This document shows, piece by piece, positions 36,742-46,215 of a stretch of DNA of 64,000 bases. Each line of letters opens with the position of its first letter. Positions within the stretch are counted from its first letter, which is position 1. A program made the position numbers and the translations under genes. This DNA is from Bacillota bacterium (GTDB lineage Bacteria > Bacillota > Clostridia > Lachnospirales > Lachnospiraceae), in the NCBI GenBank assembly GCA_023415475.1, contig JAEZKL010000130.1:27529-91528 (forward strand), given 5' to 3'. The notes under the pieces were generated by a model, which was not told the DNA's origin, did no database searches, and saw nothing but the letters and a program-made list of their open reading frames with translations.

Positions 36742-37542
36742 CTAATCGATTGCTGCTTTATCTAACGACCATCTGGCAAACAGCTTGATCTGTCCGACCT
36801 CCTTAACGATCGTATCCTCTTTAATCGGTTCTGCATTATAGTTAGTATAATCCTTGAATTTATACCAACCGTCAAAGATGCAATTCTCCTTCTCAGGCTC
36901 CGGTAGTTCGCCGTAAGTCAAACCATTCGATACTTCTTTCTCATAGGCTTCTCCGTTAAAAGCAACAAATATGACCTTAACGGTTTTCTCTGTCCACCTG
37001 GCATACAGTGTAGTTGGTGATGACTCCGTAAAGATTGACTTTGTTGTAATCTTATTCCCACCGGAAGCAGACGTATACCAACCGGCAAATTTATAGTTTT
37101 CTTTTGTAGGCGTAGGCAGCTGGTTATAATATTTGGATCCATAATAAACCTTTACGGTTTTGCTGTTTAGAATCCCCTCGTCCGTCTCTAGCGTAATCTC
37201 AGTTTGTTCTCCTCGCCATCTTGCGTATAAAGTATGATTAAGAGGCTTCACTACCTTTGTTGTCTCCGTAATCTTAATACCCCCGCTGATGTAGGTATAC
37301 CAGCCGACAAACTCATAATTATCTCTGGAGGCTACGGGAAGAGGTCCATAGGTATCTCCAAACATAGCCTGCATATCATAGACATCTGAAGTACCACCAT
37401 TCGCATCAAAGGTGACTGTTATCATATTACCGGCCACTTGGGAGGCATAGGTATGTACCGGAAAGTTCAGTAATATACCCAGTATAATAGCCAGACCGAG
37501 TAAAAAACGATATTTTATAAATTCAATATACGGTTCTTGCAT
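36742..37542 (-). CDS. Secreted protein with three Listeria-Bacteroides (InlB B-type) repeats
   Basis: 266 aa. After a signal peptide there are three copies of the pattern FDANGG...YG.LP.P.R..Y.F.GWYT..SGG.KIT....LYARW. Confidence 0.75.
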   Translation of the reverse strand: MQEPYIEFIKYRFLLGLAIILGILLNFPVHTYASQVAGNMITVTFDANGGTSDVYDMQAMFGDTYGPLPVASRDNYEFVGWYTYISGGIKITETTKVVKPLNHTLYARWRGEQTEITLETDEGILNSKTVKVYYGSKYYNQLPTPTKENYKFAGWYTSASGGNKITTKSIFTESSPTTLYARWTEKTVKVIFVAFNGEAYEKEVSNGLTYGELPEPEKENCIFDGWYKFKDYTNYNAEPIKEDTIVKEVGQIKLFARWSLDKAAID

Positions 37543-37670
37543 ATTATCCTCCTATCCCATATCTATTACCAGATTATTCTGATTAATCCCAAACACTGTC
37601 ACAAAGCTTGCATAGCTACAATATATATATCGGCATGTCCACCAATAATGATAAGCCGATCTGAATATTT

Positions 37671-38678
37671 TTATGAAAGGAGTACTTCATACCCGTTTCT
37701 GGCTGATTCATACGCTCCTAACATCAGAAGAACGGTCTCCTCCATGGTTACCGGGTTTAATGCAAAGGGCTTATGTTGTTCGATACTTTGATAAAAATCA
37801 CCGATACAATCCTCGTGTCCTGCGCCCCAATAGCTTTTTCCATAGCCCTGCTTTCCTTCAACCGGTATCAGAACTGCTTCCCCATTCTTATGATAACAGG
37901 TGATATTCATCTCTTCAATTCGGATGACCATATGCTCACAATTCACCTCAATGAAAGGAGCGGAGTCCGCATTATAGGCAGTTGTCGCATAAAAGCATAC
38001 TACTGCCTCCGGGTATCTTACATAAGCACTCATCATATCCTCAACTTCAATGATTCCCTTTAGATGATGGTTTGCTATGACTGCGTCTACACTTTCAAGC
38101 GGTTGTCCCACCAGATAATGCAGAAGATCCAGGGTATGAATGGATTGGTTAATCAGGGCTCCTCCACCCTCATAATCAAGCTTGCCCCGCCAATCGCTCT
38201 CCGTATAATACTCTGCCTTACGGTTCCAGGTCACGATTCCCCTGGCACCGATCACCTTTCCGGCTTCCCCCGAAGAAATCATTTCCTTCGCTTTTATGAT
38301 GCTTGGATTATAACGGTTCTGAAAACATAATCCAAGCTGACAGTCTGAGCCGGCGGCTGCGTCTTTTAATTCCTTCCATTGTTCCTTTGATATTACAGGC
38401 GGTTTTTCCATGAACACATGCATTCCAGACTTAAGTCCATAGATTGCCATAGGAGTATGGAGATAATGTGGTGTACAGATATGGATTGCATCCAGCCTCT
38501 CCTTCTCTATCATTTCCTCGAGGGAGGTGTAGGCATTCCCACCATATTCTTTCGCGAAGGCCTCAGCTCTCTCCGGCTTATTATCTGCATAAGCAACAAG
38601 CTCATGCTTCGAGAGCTTCTTCAGACATTTTGCATGAATGACTGCAATACCTCCGCAACCTACAATACCGACTCTCAT
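37671..38678 (-). CDS. Gfo/Idh/MocA family oxidoreductase
   Basis: 335 aa. The Rossmann N-terminus is MRVGIVGCGGIAVIHAK and an EKP motif (VFMEKPP) is present. Confidence 0.85.
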   Translation of the reverse strand: MRVGIVGCGGIAVIHAKCLKKLSKHELVAYADNKPERAEAFAKEYGGNAYTSLEEMIEKERLDAIHICTPHYLHTPMAIYGLKSGMHVFMEKPPVISKEQWKELKDAAAGSDCQLGLCFQNRYNPSIIKAKEMISSGEAGKVIGARGIVTWNRKAEYYTESDWRGKLDYEGGGALINQSIHTLDLLHYLVGQPLESVDAVIANHHLKGIIEVEDMMSAYVRYPEAVVCFYATTAYNADSAPFIEVNCEHMVIRIEEMNITCYHKNGEAVLIPVEGKQGYGKSYWGAGHEDCIGDFYQSIEQHKPFALNPVTMEETVLLMLGAYESARNGYEVLLS

Positions 38679-39859
38679 CTGTCGTTGCCTCCTGACCCAA
38701 AGCTTCCAGCCGTAGAAAAGGTTGCTTCTGTTATTGTTTCTTTCTTTCTTGAGGAAGTTCTCCGCTCATTTAATTGATTGAAGAACAATTCCTCATCAAA
38801 AGGTATCTCCACCGGTTTGTTAAGCCAACTCGATAAATGCATCGCATTGGATAAGGTAAGACCGTGAATTCCTTCCTTTCCCTCCGCAATTAAAGGAGTA
38901 CCCTGAAGTATTGCTCCGGCAAAGGCTCTCATGACACCGGCATGCTGAGGATTCTCACCGTCCGAATGCACCTCTACCCAGCTTCCTTCCGGCTTTGCAA
39001 AGCCTACTGTCGCGGTGTAGCAATATTCTCTCTCATTTACTGTAAGCTCGTACATCATCAGCTTATCATCCTCACACACCAGCTTTGCTCTCTCCAGGGT
39101 GATCTCAAAGCGGTTAGTTCCCGGGTAATCTCCCGTCGTGGTTACAAATACCCCTGTTGCGCCGTTCGGGTATTCCAGATAAGCGGTAACATCATCCTCT
39201 ACCTCGATATCATGCCATTTTCCGTTGTGGCAGAAGGCTTGTACCTTATTTGGCATACCGCAGATCCACTGTAACAGATCCAGATTATGAGGACATTGGT
39301 TCAGCAACACTCCGCCACCTTCTCCCTCCCAGGTTGCTCTCCAGCTGCCAGAGTTATAATAGGCCTGTGTCCGGTACCAGTCTGTTATAATCCAATTTAC
39401 CCTTTTTATCTGCCCATAGCTTCCACTGTGTACCAGCTCATACATCTTGCGGTATACATGGTTCGTCCTCTGGTTGAACATCATAGCAAATACCACTTTG
39501 TACTTATCCGCTGCTTCATTCATCATTCTTACTTGCTTTGTATAGACACCGGCTGGCTTCTCACACAATACATGAAGACCCTTCTCAAAAGCGAGAACAG
39601 CCAGCCTGGGGTGCTCATAATGAGGAGTCGCTATCAGTACCGCATCACAGCTGCCGGATGCTATCAGCTCGTCACCATTTGAATAAATTAATACACTCTC
39701 CGGCAAATCTCCTTTTGCCCAGTCTCTCCGGCTTTCCCTAAGGTCCGCAACGGCAGCCAGCTCCAATCCCGCAACTTCACCTTGTATAATCGTCTTACAA
39801 TGGTTGCTACCCATATTTCCAATTCCGATAATTCCAATCCTAACTTTATCCATTCCCAT
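38675..39859 (-). CDS. Gfo/Idh/MocA family oxidoreductase
   Basis: 394 aa. Motifs are RIGIIGIGNMGSNH and VLCEKPAG. There is a 4-nt overlap with the downstream paralog. Confidence 0.85.
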   Translation of the reverse strand: MGMDKVRIGIIGIGNMGSNHCKTIIQGEVAGLELAAVADLRESRRDWAKGDLPESVLIYSNGDELIASGSCDAVLIATPHYEHPRLAVLAFEKGLHVLCEKPAGVYTKQVRMMNEAADKYKVVFAMMFNQRTNHVYRKMYELVHSGSYGQIKRVNWIITDWYRTQAYYNSGSWRATWEGEGGGVLLNQCPHNLDLLQWICGMPNKVQAFCHNGKWHDIEVEDDVTAYLEYPNGATGVFVTTTGDYPGTNRFEITLERAKLVCEDDKLMMYELTVNEREYCYTATVGFAKPEGSWVEVHSDGENPQHAGVMRAFAGAILQGTPLIAEGKEGIHGLTLSNAMHLSSWLNKPVEIPFDEELFFNQLNERRTSSRKKETITEATFSTAGSFGSGGNDR

Positions 39860-39935
39860 TTTCTCCTATTCGTTTATTATATATTCAATCCAATTAAATA
39901 GTAATGATAGCCTAATTCTTAACGCCCTGCCAAGC

Positions 39936-40694
39936 TTAGCGATACCCTAAGGAAGAGAGATTCCGATAGCTCTTACTTAAGCAATTGAAGGGACTTTCCT
40001 GGCAGATATCCTGCTCTACCAGCAGATATTCGCAGTTGGTGTCCTTAAGGGTCCCTAATATTCTCTCAAAGTTCATGTTTCCTTCCAGAACCGGTGCCAT
40101 AACTGCCTCATGGTGCAGTATTGCCATATCCTTCAGATGTACACAGGGAATACGATTTTTAAGACGTTCGATCCATTGGCATACATCCAACCCTGCTGCC
40201 TGAAGCCAATAGGTATCCAGCGTGAAGCCCATTTCCTCCGGGGCAAAGCCCTCCATAAGGTATTCCATGTAGTACTTCCCATTCACCTTCTCAAACTCAA
40301 AATTATGATTGTGATACATGAACAGCATCCCTGCGTTCCTGATCTTGATTGCCGCTTCCTTATAATCCTCGGAAAAATGTTCGATCCATTCCGGGTTACG
40401 GTATTTATCGGGCATACTGCCTATCCCTATGTATTTGCATCCCATCAACTTATGATCTTCAATTAATTGATCTGTATCATTTATGATTCTGTTTGGATCA
40501 CTATGGGTTAATACAATCTTTAAGCCATGCTTATCACACAGTTCCCTAACCATTCCCGGATTTATGGAAGGTCCTATGGCTGATATCTGAACTGTGGTAT
40601 AACCTATTTTTGCAATCTGCCCTAAGGTATAATCCAAATCCTTCTCGGTCTGCGTATAGGAGCGGACTGTATATAATTGTGTGCCTAAAATCAT
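39936..40694 (-). CDS. Sugar phosphate isomerase/epimerase (xylose-isomerase-like TIM barrel)
   Basis: 252 aa. It shows the AP_endonuc_2-like pattern (GYTTVQIS, MYHNHNFEF, CVHLKD). Confidence 0.85.
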   Translation of the reverse strand: MILGTQLYTVRSYTQTEKDLDYTLGQIAKIGYTTVQISAIGPSINPGMVRELCDKHGLKIVLTHSDPNRIINDTDQLIEDHKLMGCKYIGIGSMPDKYRNPEWIEHFSEDYKEAAIKIRNAGMLFMYHNHNFEFEKVNGKYYMEYLMEGFAPEEMGFTLDTYWLQAAGLDVCQWIERLKNRIPCVHLKDMAILHHEAVMAPVLEGNMNFERILGTLKDTNCEYLLVEQDICQESPFNCLSKSYRNLSSLGYR

Positions 40695-40902
40695 AATGAA
40701 TTTCCTCCTCCGTTACTTATTTTCTTCTATTATAATGTTTCAATATACAATCCGCCATTGCAAATGTCATATGATATATTGCAAATATAGCCCTTTTTCT
40801 ATATAATAATCCTTACAAGTTAATATTGTATGTGTGGATGGTAAGCTTTTTTTGCTCCCATCACCTCAGACACATTATTAATATTAAGAAAGGATACCTG
40901 TT

Positions 40903-41739
40903 ATGGCTTCTCTCAGCGTTATCAGTACGGAGCTGGTAGAATTTGGTTATCGTATTACCAACAATATAAATCCGACTCACCAGGTCCATTGTCACAATGT
41001 TTATGAAATCTATTATTTTATTGAGGGTGATGTAGATTACCTTGTGGAGGGCAAGCTATACCGGCCTGCACCGCATAGCCTATTACTCCTGTCTCCCCAT
41101 GTATTTCACGGGGTTAAGGTAAGATCAGTGAACCCCTATCGGCGCTTCACCCTACATTTTCACCCTGATTTATTGCAACCCGAACGTCGGCCACTGCTCT
41201 TATCTGCTTTCCCCAGTAATGAAAAGCATTCCAGACGTGAAGTCTATTATGAGAACCTGACAGGTACACAATTAGTGAGCTTCTTCGAGGCGCTGGCAGG
41301 CCTGGCTGACCAGCCGGAACAGCTTAAGCGGCAGCTCCTGCCAGCCTATATCGAGGCAATTCTTGCTCAGCTGACCCTCATATGCCAGACCCATAGTCCG
41401 GTACAGGTGGAAGCCGGAACATCTCAAACAATTACTGATATTATAGCATATCTCAATGATCACTTAACTGAGCCGATTACCCTGGATCAGCTGTCAGAGC
41501 ACTTTAATATCAGTAAGCATTATATGAACCGTGCTTTCCGTAAGGCTGCCGGAACGACCGTATTTGATTATCTCATCTACAAAAGGGTCATCTTTGCTCA
41601 GCAGCTGATGATTAACGGATGCACTGCAGCTGAGGCAGCCCTGCAGTCAGGCTTTCGTGATTACTCTGTATTCTACCGTGCCTACCGAAAGCATCTCGGA
41701 CATTCTCCTCTTGAGGATCGTACTTTCACACATTTGTAG
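40903..41739 (+). CDS. AraC family transcriptional regulator
   Basis: 278 aa. A cupin-like N-terminus is followed by a C-terminal double HTH (ITLDQLSEHFNISKHYMNRAFRK...GFRDYSVFYRAYRKHLGHSP). It is divergent from the sugar cluster. Confidence 0.85.
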   Translation: MASLSVISTELVEFGYRITNNINPTHQVHCHNVYEIYYFIEGDVDYLVEGKLYRPAPHSLLLLSPHVFHGVKVRSVNPYRRFTLHFHPDLLQPERRPLLLSAFPSNEKHSRREVYYENLTGTQLVSFFEALAGLADQPEQLKRQLLPAYIEAILAQLTLICQTHSPVQVEAGTSQTITDIIAYLNDHLTEPITLDQLSEHFNISKHYMNRAFRKAAGTTVFDYLIYKRVIFAQQLMINGCTAAEAALQSGFRDYSVFYRAYRKHLGHSPLEDRTFTHL

Positions 41740-41742
41740 AAT

Positions 41743-41782
41743 CGAACATATGTTTGACTTCTGTTAATCAAAATGCTATAAT
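41743..41782 (+). promoter_or_regulatory. LexA (Cheo) box overlapping a near-consensus sigma-A promoter
   Basis: CGAACATATGTTTG at 41743-41756 compares with the Firmicute consensus CGAACnnnnGTTCG. The -35 TTGACT is at 41754-41759, followed by a 17-nt spacer and the -10 TATAAT at 41777-41782. Confidence 0.6.
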
Positions 41783-41850
41783 AAAACCATGAATTCAGTA
41801 TCGTGTATTCTGGACCTTCTCTATAAGTCCAGGTAGAAGGAGCACTGCTT

Positions 41851-43104
41851 ATGGTTAGTATTATTCATGATAATTCTATGTCCCTCACTGATAAGCTCAA
41901 TCAGATGCAGGAGGATGTGAAATATGATGTGGCAGACCCTCAGGTAAGCTATGGTTCGTCTTATTCAGAGGAAGAGAGTCTGCCGGATCCCTCCCTTTTT
42001 TCCGATATTCATGCCAAACCGGCACCACCTACCGTTCCAAAGGTATTCCTTTCCAACCAATGCAGCTTTAATTGTGCCTATTGTGGCTGCAGAGCCAGCC
42101 GCGAGAGTACAAGACGTTATTGTAACACTCCCAGGGAGTTAGCAGATATCGCCTTGTCTCAGGCAAAGAATAATGGCCATGGAATCTTTATCACCTCTGC
42201 TATCTATCGCAATGCCGATTATACACAGGAAATCATTATTGAGACTCTGCGTGTTCTTCGCAAGGAGTTGTTCTATGACGGATATATCCATGCCAAAATC
42301 ATGCCCGGTGTTGACCCTTTATTAATCGAGAGGACCGGGCGTTATGCCAACCGCCTCAGTGTGAATATCGAGGTCGCCCAGAATGCAGGTTATGAAAGGG
42401 TTGCAAAACAGAAGAACAAAGAGAATATTCTTATTCCTATGCAGCAAATCAGCAATTTGGTCCGTGATTCCAGACAATACCGAAGTAAAGGCGGTCCGAT
42501 ACTGGCCAAGTCCCAGACAACACAGCTGATGGCAGGCAGCTGCGATGAGAATGACCGTACCATCCTTCGATTATCCAAAGCCCTTTATAATAAATATAAC
42601 CTAAGTCGTGTGTATTACACCGCCTTTCACTATCTTAATCCCGCCAAAGACTATGATGACCTTCCTTTTACCCAGGTCCCGATATGGAGGGTGAAACGAT
42701 TATATCAGGCCGACCGTTTACTGCAGCTTTATGATTTTACGCCTGACGACATTGCACCGGAGCAGGCTCCGGAGCTATGTGAAAGCATGGATCCGAAGAT
42801 GAGCTGGGCTCTGCGTAATATCCATCTGTTTCCGATCGAAGTAAATCATGCTGATTATGAACAGCTTCTTCGTATTCCCGGTATCGGACTAACCTATGCC
42901 CAGAAGATCATCCGTGCCCGTAGATACGGAATCGTGACCCACCAAACCCTTCGAAAAATCGGTGTAGCCCTGAAGAGAAGTACCTATTTCATAACCTGTA
43001 ACGGTAAATATGAAGGCGGTAATCTTCCATCGAACCCGGAGCTGCTTACCCAGCTTTTTTCCGAGGTTCCGAAGAATGAAGAGCTCCTATTAAAGCACTC
43101 CTGA
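41851..43104 (+). CDS. Putative DNA modification/repair radical SAM protein (TIGR03916-like)
   Basis: 417 aa. The CxxxCxxC motif lies in SNQCSFNCAYCGC. The C-terminal helix-hairpin-helix reads LLRIPGIGLTYAQKIIRAR. Confidence 0.85.
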   Translation: MVSIIHDNSMSLTDKLNQMQEDVKYDVADPQVSYGSSYSEEESLPDPSLFSDIHAKPAPPTVPKVFLSNQCSFNCAYCGCRASRESTRRYCNTPRELADIALSQAKNNGHGIFITSAIYRNADYTQEIIIETLRVLRKELFYDGYIHAKIMPGVDPLLIERTGRYANRLSVNIEVAQNAGYERVAKQKNKENILIPMQQISNLVRDSRQYRSKGGPILAKSQTTQLMAGSCDENDRTILRLSKALYNKYNLSRVYYTAFHYLNPAKDYDDLPFTQVPIWRVKRLYQADRLLQLYDFTPDDIAPEQAPELCESMDPKMSWALRNIHLFPIEVNHADYEQLLRIPGIGLTYAQKIIRARRYGIVTHQTLRKIGVALKRSTYFITCNGKYEGGNLPSNPELLTQLFSEVPKNEELLLKHS

Positions 43105-43249
43105 TGCCGCTTTTGGGCACCACATGGTGGCAACCTTTGATGCTCTTATCGCATATTGAGCGTATTACAACCGATTACCGTTTCTTGCTTTTTCAGAAGG
43201 AACAAGCTATAATGAGGTATAATCAAACATCAATAGAAAGGGTTCTAAT

Positions 43250-43462
43250 ATGTCGAAAGTAAAGCGCATAGCCGCTATCATCGGTTTAATATTCATAGCC
43301 TCAATGTACTTGATTTCCTTTTTGTCCGCATTATTTGCAACAGAATATTCCTATGGTCTTTTTACGGCAAGTATTTTCAGCACCATTGTAATTCCGATTA
43401 TGATCTACCTGTTTATCACGGTTTATAAGTGGGTTCATAAGAAGGACGAGACCGAGGAATAG
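43250..43462 (+). CDS. Small two-TM membrane protein
   Basis: 70 aa with two clear hydrophobic helices. RBS: AGAAAGGG. Confidence 0.55.
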   Translation: MSKVKRIAAIIGLIFIASMYLISFLSALFATEYSYGLFTASIFSTIVIPIMIYLFITVYKWVHKKDETEE

Positions 43463-43532
43463 ATTGAAAATCATTGATTTTTCATTCGGCAAATTTGTGC
43501 TGCCGCTCAAATTCGCGGTACTTTGCCAGCAT
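43461..43532 (+). repeat. Multi-hairpin intergenic repeat, family B, left copy
   Basis: About 83% identical by eye to the reverse complement of 45234-45307. It contains the GATTGAAAA..GATTTTTCA and G(C/G)(A/G)AATTTG..CAAATTCGC hairpins. Confidence 0.7.
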
Positions 43533-43563
43533 GAATGATTAGTGTGAAGATTAAAACACATAA

Positions 43564-43610
43564 GGCTCTTGCATAGGATTTAGCTTTATCCCTGCAAGAG
43601 CCCATTTTAT
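43564..43610 (+). terminator. Hairpin terminator downstream of the small membrane protein gene
   Basis: GGCUCUUGCA, a 19-nt loop, UGCAAGAGCC, followed by CAUUUUAUU. Confidence 0.5.
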
Positions 43611-43620
43611 TCATGACAAG

Positions 43621-43714
43621 TGAATTGGTTAACCAATTCATCTTGTTTGCGCGTAAGCAAAGTGAGTAATGTGAACAAACACGGTTTGTTCACATTCTGC
43701 AAGCTTGCTTGCAC
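43621..43714. repeat. Multi-hairpin intergenic repeat, family C copy, with an adjacent 20-bp palindrome
   Basis: TGAATTGGTTAACCAATTCA is a perfect palindrome. It is followed by GTAAGCAAAG..AATGTGAACAAAC-ACG-GTTTGTTCACATT..TGCAAGCTTGCTTGCA. The segment is about 75% similar by eye to the reverse complement of 50335-50392. Confidence 0.45.
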
Positions 43715-43739
43715 AGTATTTCTTCTATTCATGTCTCAA

Positions 43740-45065
43740 TTATTTCTCTTTCCCTTTTATCTTCTTGAAATATTCTTGAATCTGCACCTCATAGCCATTA
43801 TCCGAGGGGATATAAAACACCCTGTCCTTAATCTCATCGGGAAGGTATTGCTGCTCCACATAATGATTCTCATAGCTATGGGCATACTTATATCCTAGCC
43901 CATGACCAAGCTTTGCCGCCCCTTTATAATGGGCATCCATCAGATAAGCCGGTATGGTGGCAGTCTTTTCATTCTCAACTACATTCATCGCATCATCAAT
44001 CGCACAGATTGCAGAATTACTCTTCGGCGCGCAGGCAACATAGGCAGCAGCCTGGGCCAGGACAATCCTCGCCTCCGGCATACCCAGTCGCTCAACGGCA
44101 AGGGCTGCGCTGGTCGCTACTACTAACGCATTGGGATCTGCATTAGAGACATCCTCCGCGGCACAGATCATGATTCTGCGGGCAATAAAGGCCACTTCCT
44201 CACCTGCATATAGCATCCTGGCAAGGTAATAGATCGCCGCATCGGGATCAGAGCCTCTCATACTCTTAATAAAGGCGGAAATTGTGTCATAGTGATTGTC
44301 TCCGTCCTTATCATATCTGAGAACTCTCTTCTGTATACATTCCGATGCAACCGTCAAGGTGATATGAACCTTACCGTCCTCGGAGCGCTCCGTAGTTAAA
44401 ATACCGATCTCTATGGCATTGAGGGCCGCTCTCGCATCACCGTTAGCTACATCTGCGAGAAATTCCAAGGCCTCCTCATCAATATCCGCATGATAGGCAC
44501 CCATGCCGCGCTCCACATCATATACGGCTCTGCGAAGCAGCGTCTTGATGTCCTCCTTGTCCAGTGGTTTCAGTTCAAATATTATGGATCGGGACAATAA
44601 CGCAGAATTCACTTCAAAGTATGGATTCTCGGTTGTAGCACCGATTAACACGACCGTACCATCTTCTACATAGGGAAGCAGATAATCCTGCTGCCCCTTG
44701 TTAAAGCGATGTATCTCATCTATGAATAAAATGGTCCGTTTTCCATAGCGTCCAAGATTATCCTTAGCCTCCTCCACTACCGCCTCCATGTCCTTCTTGC
44801 CTGCAGAGGTTGCATTAATCTGAGTGAAGCTGGAGCTGGTCGTATTGGCAATGACCTTGGCAAGGGTAGTTTTGCCGGTACCCGGCGGCCCATAGAAGAT
44901 AATCGAGCTGACTTTATCTGCCTTAATCGCCCGATATAACAGCTTGTCCTTACCTATAATATGGCTCTGCCCTACGACCTCCTCCAGAGTGACCGGACGA
45001 AGTCTTGATGCAAGTGGAGCCTCCTTCTTCATTGTGTTATCTCTCATATAATCAAATAAATCCAC
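43740..45065 (-). CDS. rarA: Replication-associated recombination protein A (AAA+ ATPase)
   Basis: 441 aa. Motifs are GPPGTGKTTLA, ILFIDEIHRFNKGQQDYLLPYVEDG and the MgsA C-terminal region. Confidence 0.92.
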   Translation of the reverse strand: MDLFDYMRDNTMKKEAPLASRLRPVTLEEVVGQSHIIGKDKLLYRAIKADKVSSIIFYGPPGTGKTTLAKVIANTTSSSFTQINATSAGKKDMEAVVEEAKDNLGRYGKRTILFIDEIHRFNKGQQDYLLPYVEDGTVVLIGATTENPYFEVNSALLSRSIIFELKPLDKEDIKTLLRRAVYDVERGMGAYHADIDEEALEFLADVANGDARAALNAIEIGILTTERSEDGKVHITLTVASECIQKRVLRYDKDGDNHYDTISAFIKSMRGSDPDAAIYYLARMLYAGEEVAFIARRIMICAAEDVSNADPNALVVATSAALAVERLGMPEARIVLAQAAAYVACAPKSNSAICAIDDAMNVVENEKTATIPAYLMDAHYKGAAKLGHGLGYKYAHSYENHYVEQQYLPDEIKDRVFYIPSDNGYEVQIQEYFKKIKGKEK

Positions 45066-45233
45066 AAAATCACCCTTCCCTTTACGAGAATAGAAATCCT
45101 ATATATCATTCTACCTTACTATGCACTGGATAAAGCTTAGTGTATCCTATATACTATGTTATACAGGCATAAACTTACGACTTGAAAAAAATGATAGAAT
45201 GTGCATAATAAAAAGATATAATACTATTCATTT

Positions 45234-45307
45234 ATGTTGCCAAATCACTGCGAATTTGGGCGGCAACACAAATTCGCCGATTGAAAAATCTTTGATTTTT
45301 CAATCTG
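45234..45307 (-). repeat. Multi-hairpin intergenic repeat, family B, right (inverted) copy
   Basis: This is the reverse-complement match to 43461-43532. Internal perfect hairpins are GATTGAAAAATC/GATTTTTCAATC and GCGAATTTG/CAAATTCGC. Confidence 0.7.
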
Positions 45308-45334
45308 TTCTATTGTAATCAAAAGGAGCTGCTT

Positions 45335-45520
45335 ATGAGAATTCCGAAAGACCCCTATATGCTACTGAGCTTTATTAATACTAAGCTGAGAGACGAATAT
45401 CACAGCCTGGAGGATTTATGCAAAAGTATGAACATAGACCAAATCGAGCTGGAAGATAAATTATCCGGTATTGATTATACCTATGTCAGAGAATCAAACC
45501 GATTTACTGCGGCATTTTAG
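45335..45520 (+). CDS. DUF4250-like small protein
   Basis: 61 aa. The sequence is MRIPKDPYMLLSFINTKLRDEYHSLEDLCKSMNIDQIELEDKL. RBS: AAAGGAG. Confidence 0.7.
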   Translation: MRIPKDPYMLLSFINTKLRDEYHSLEDLCKSMNIDQIELEDKLSGIDYTYVRESNRFTAAF

Positions 45521-46013
45521 TTCCTGTATGCTTATTCCGAAGCTTCTTTATAATAACGATCAGAGACAGAAAGAATAAAGCTCCTGTAACTGCTCCACAG
45601 CTATCTAAAAGCACATCACTTATCTGTCCGCTTCTGCCGGCAACAAAGGTCTGATGGAATTCATCCGTTGCCGCATAAGCTGAAGTGATAAAAATTGATA
45701 AGCCTGCCCCTATACGGAATCCTTTCCCTCGGACCATAAAATGCAAGACCCAAGCTGCAGCTAAAAATGCGTATTCTATAAAATGTGCTGTCTTTCGAAC
45801 GATATGGTCAAGCTCTAAAAGCACCTGTTGTCTTGCTGACTCTCCATAGGATAGATCGGTGATATGTTCATACGCATTCAGAAGTGTCTGCGATATCATC
45901 AGACTGCTTTCACCCGAGGTCGTCGCAGGCGTCGAGGAAAAGCAGAAGATAATTACCATGATGATAACAGCAGGTAGCCAGGAGATATATTTTAATTTCA
46001 TTAGAACCTCCAA
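45504..46013 (-). CDS. VanZ family membrane protein
   Basis: 169 aa with four TM helices and the VRKTAHFIEYAFLAAAW motif. Confidence 0.8.
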   Translation of the reverse strand: MEVLMKLKYISWLPAVIIMVIIFCFSSTPATTSGESSLMISQTLLNAYEHITDLSYGESARQQVLLELDHIVRKTAHFIEYAFLAAAWVLHFMVRGKGFRIGAGLSIFITSAYAATDEFHQTFVAGRSGQISDVLLDSCGAVTGALFFLSLIVIIKKLRNKHTGTKMPQ

Positions 46014-46215
46014 AGTTTATGTATAATAAGGGAAACCGGAAGAGACTACTCATAAATCCCTTTCTATCCGAGACTCATGGTATCATGATACCATAAGTGG
46101 AGCGTCAAAAGGCACGTAAATAATCTATATTCAAAACTGACTTTTGACGCTCTAATCATACCATATTTATCATGATAATAGCAATATCGCATTCAGCAGA
46201 AAGGAAACAGTTCGA

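Noticed and set aside
37673-40466. Numerous plus-strand ORFs (76-131 aa) across the Gfo/Idh/MocA and isomerase genes
   Set aside because: All are antisense to well-supported CDSs and lack RBSs and motifs.
43331-43561. The 76-aa minus-strand ORF here and the 65-aa plus-strand ORF at 45121-45318, which share peptide similarity
   Set aside because: The similarity comes from the family B inverted DNA repeats. Both ORFs run through hairpin elements and lack RBSs.
43461-45307. Reading the rarA-flanking inverted repeats as a phase-variable invertible switch
   Set aside because: There is no recombinase or invertase gene nearby. No promoter would be re-oriented to a new target. The repeats are only about 83% identical. 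They are kept as a repeat observation only.
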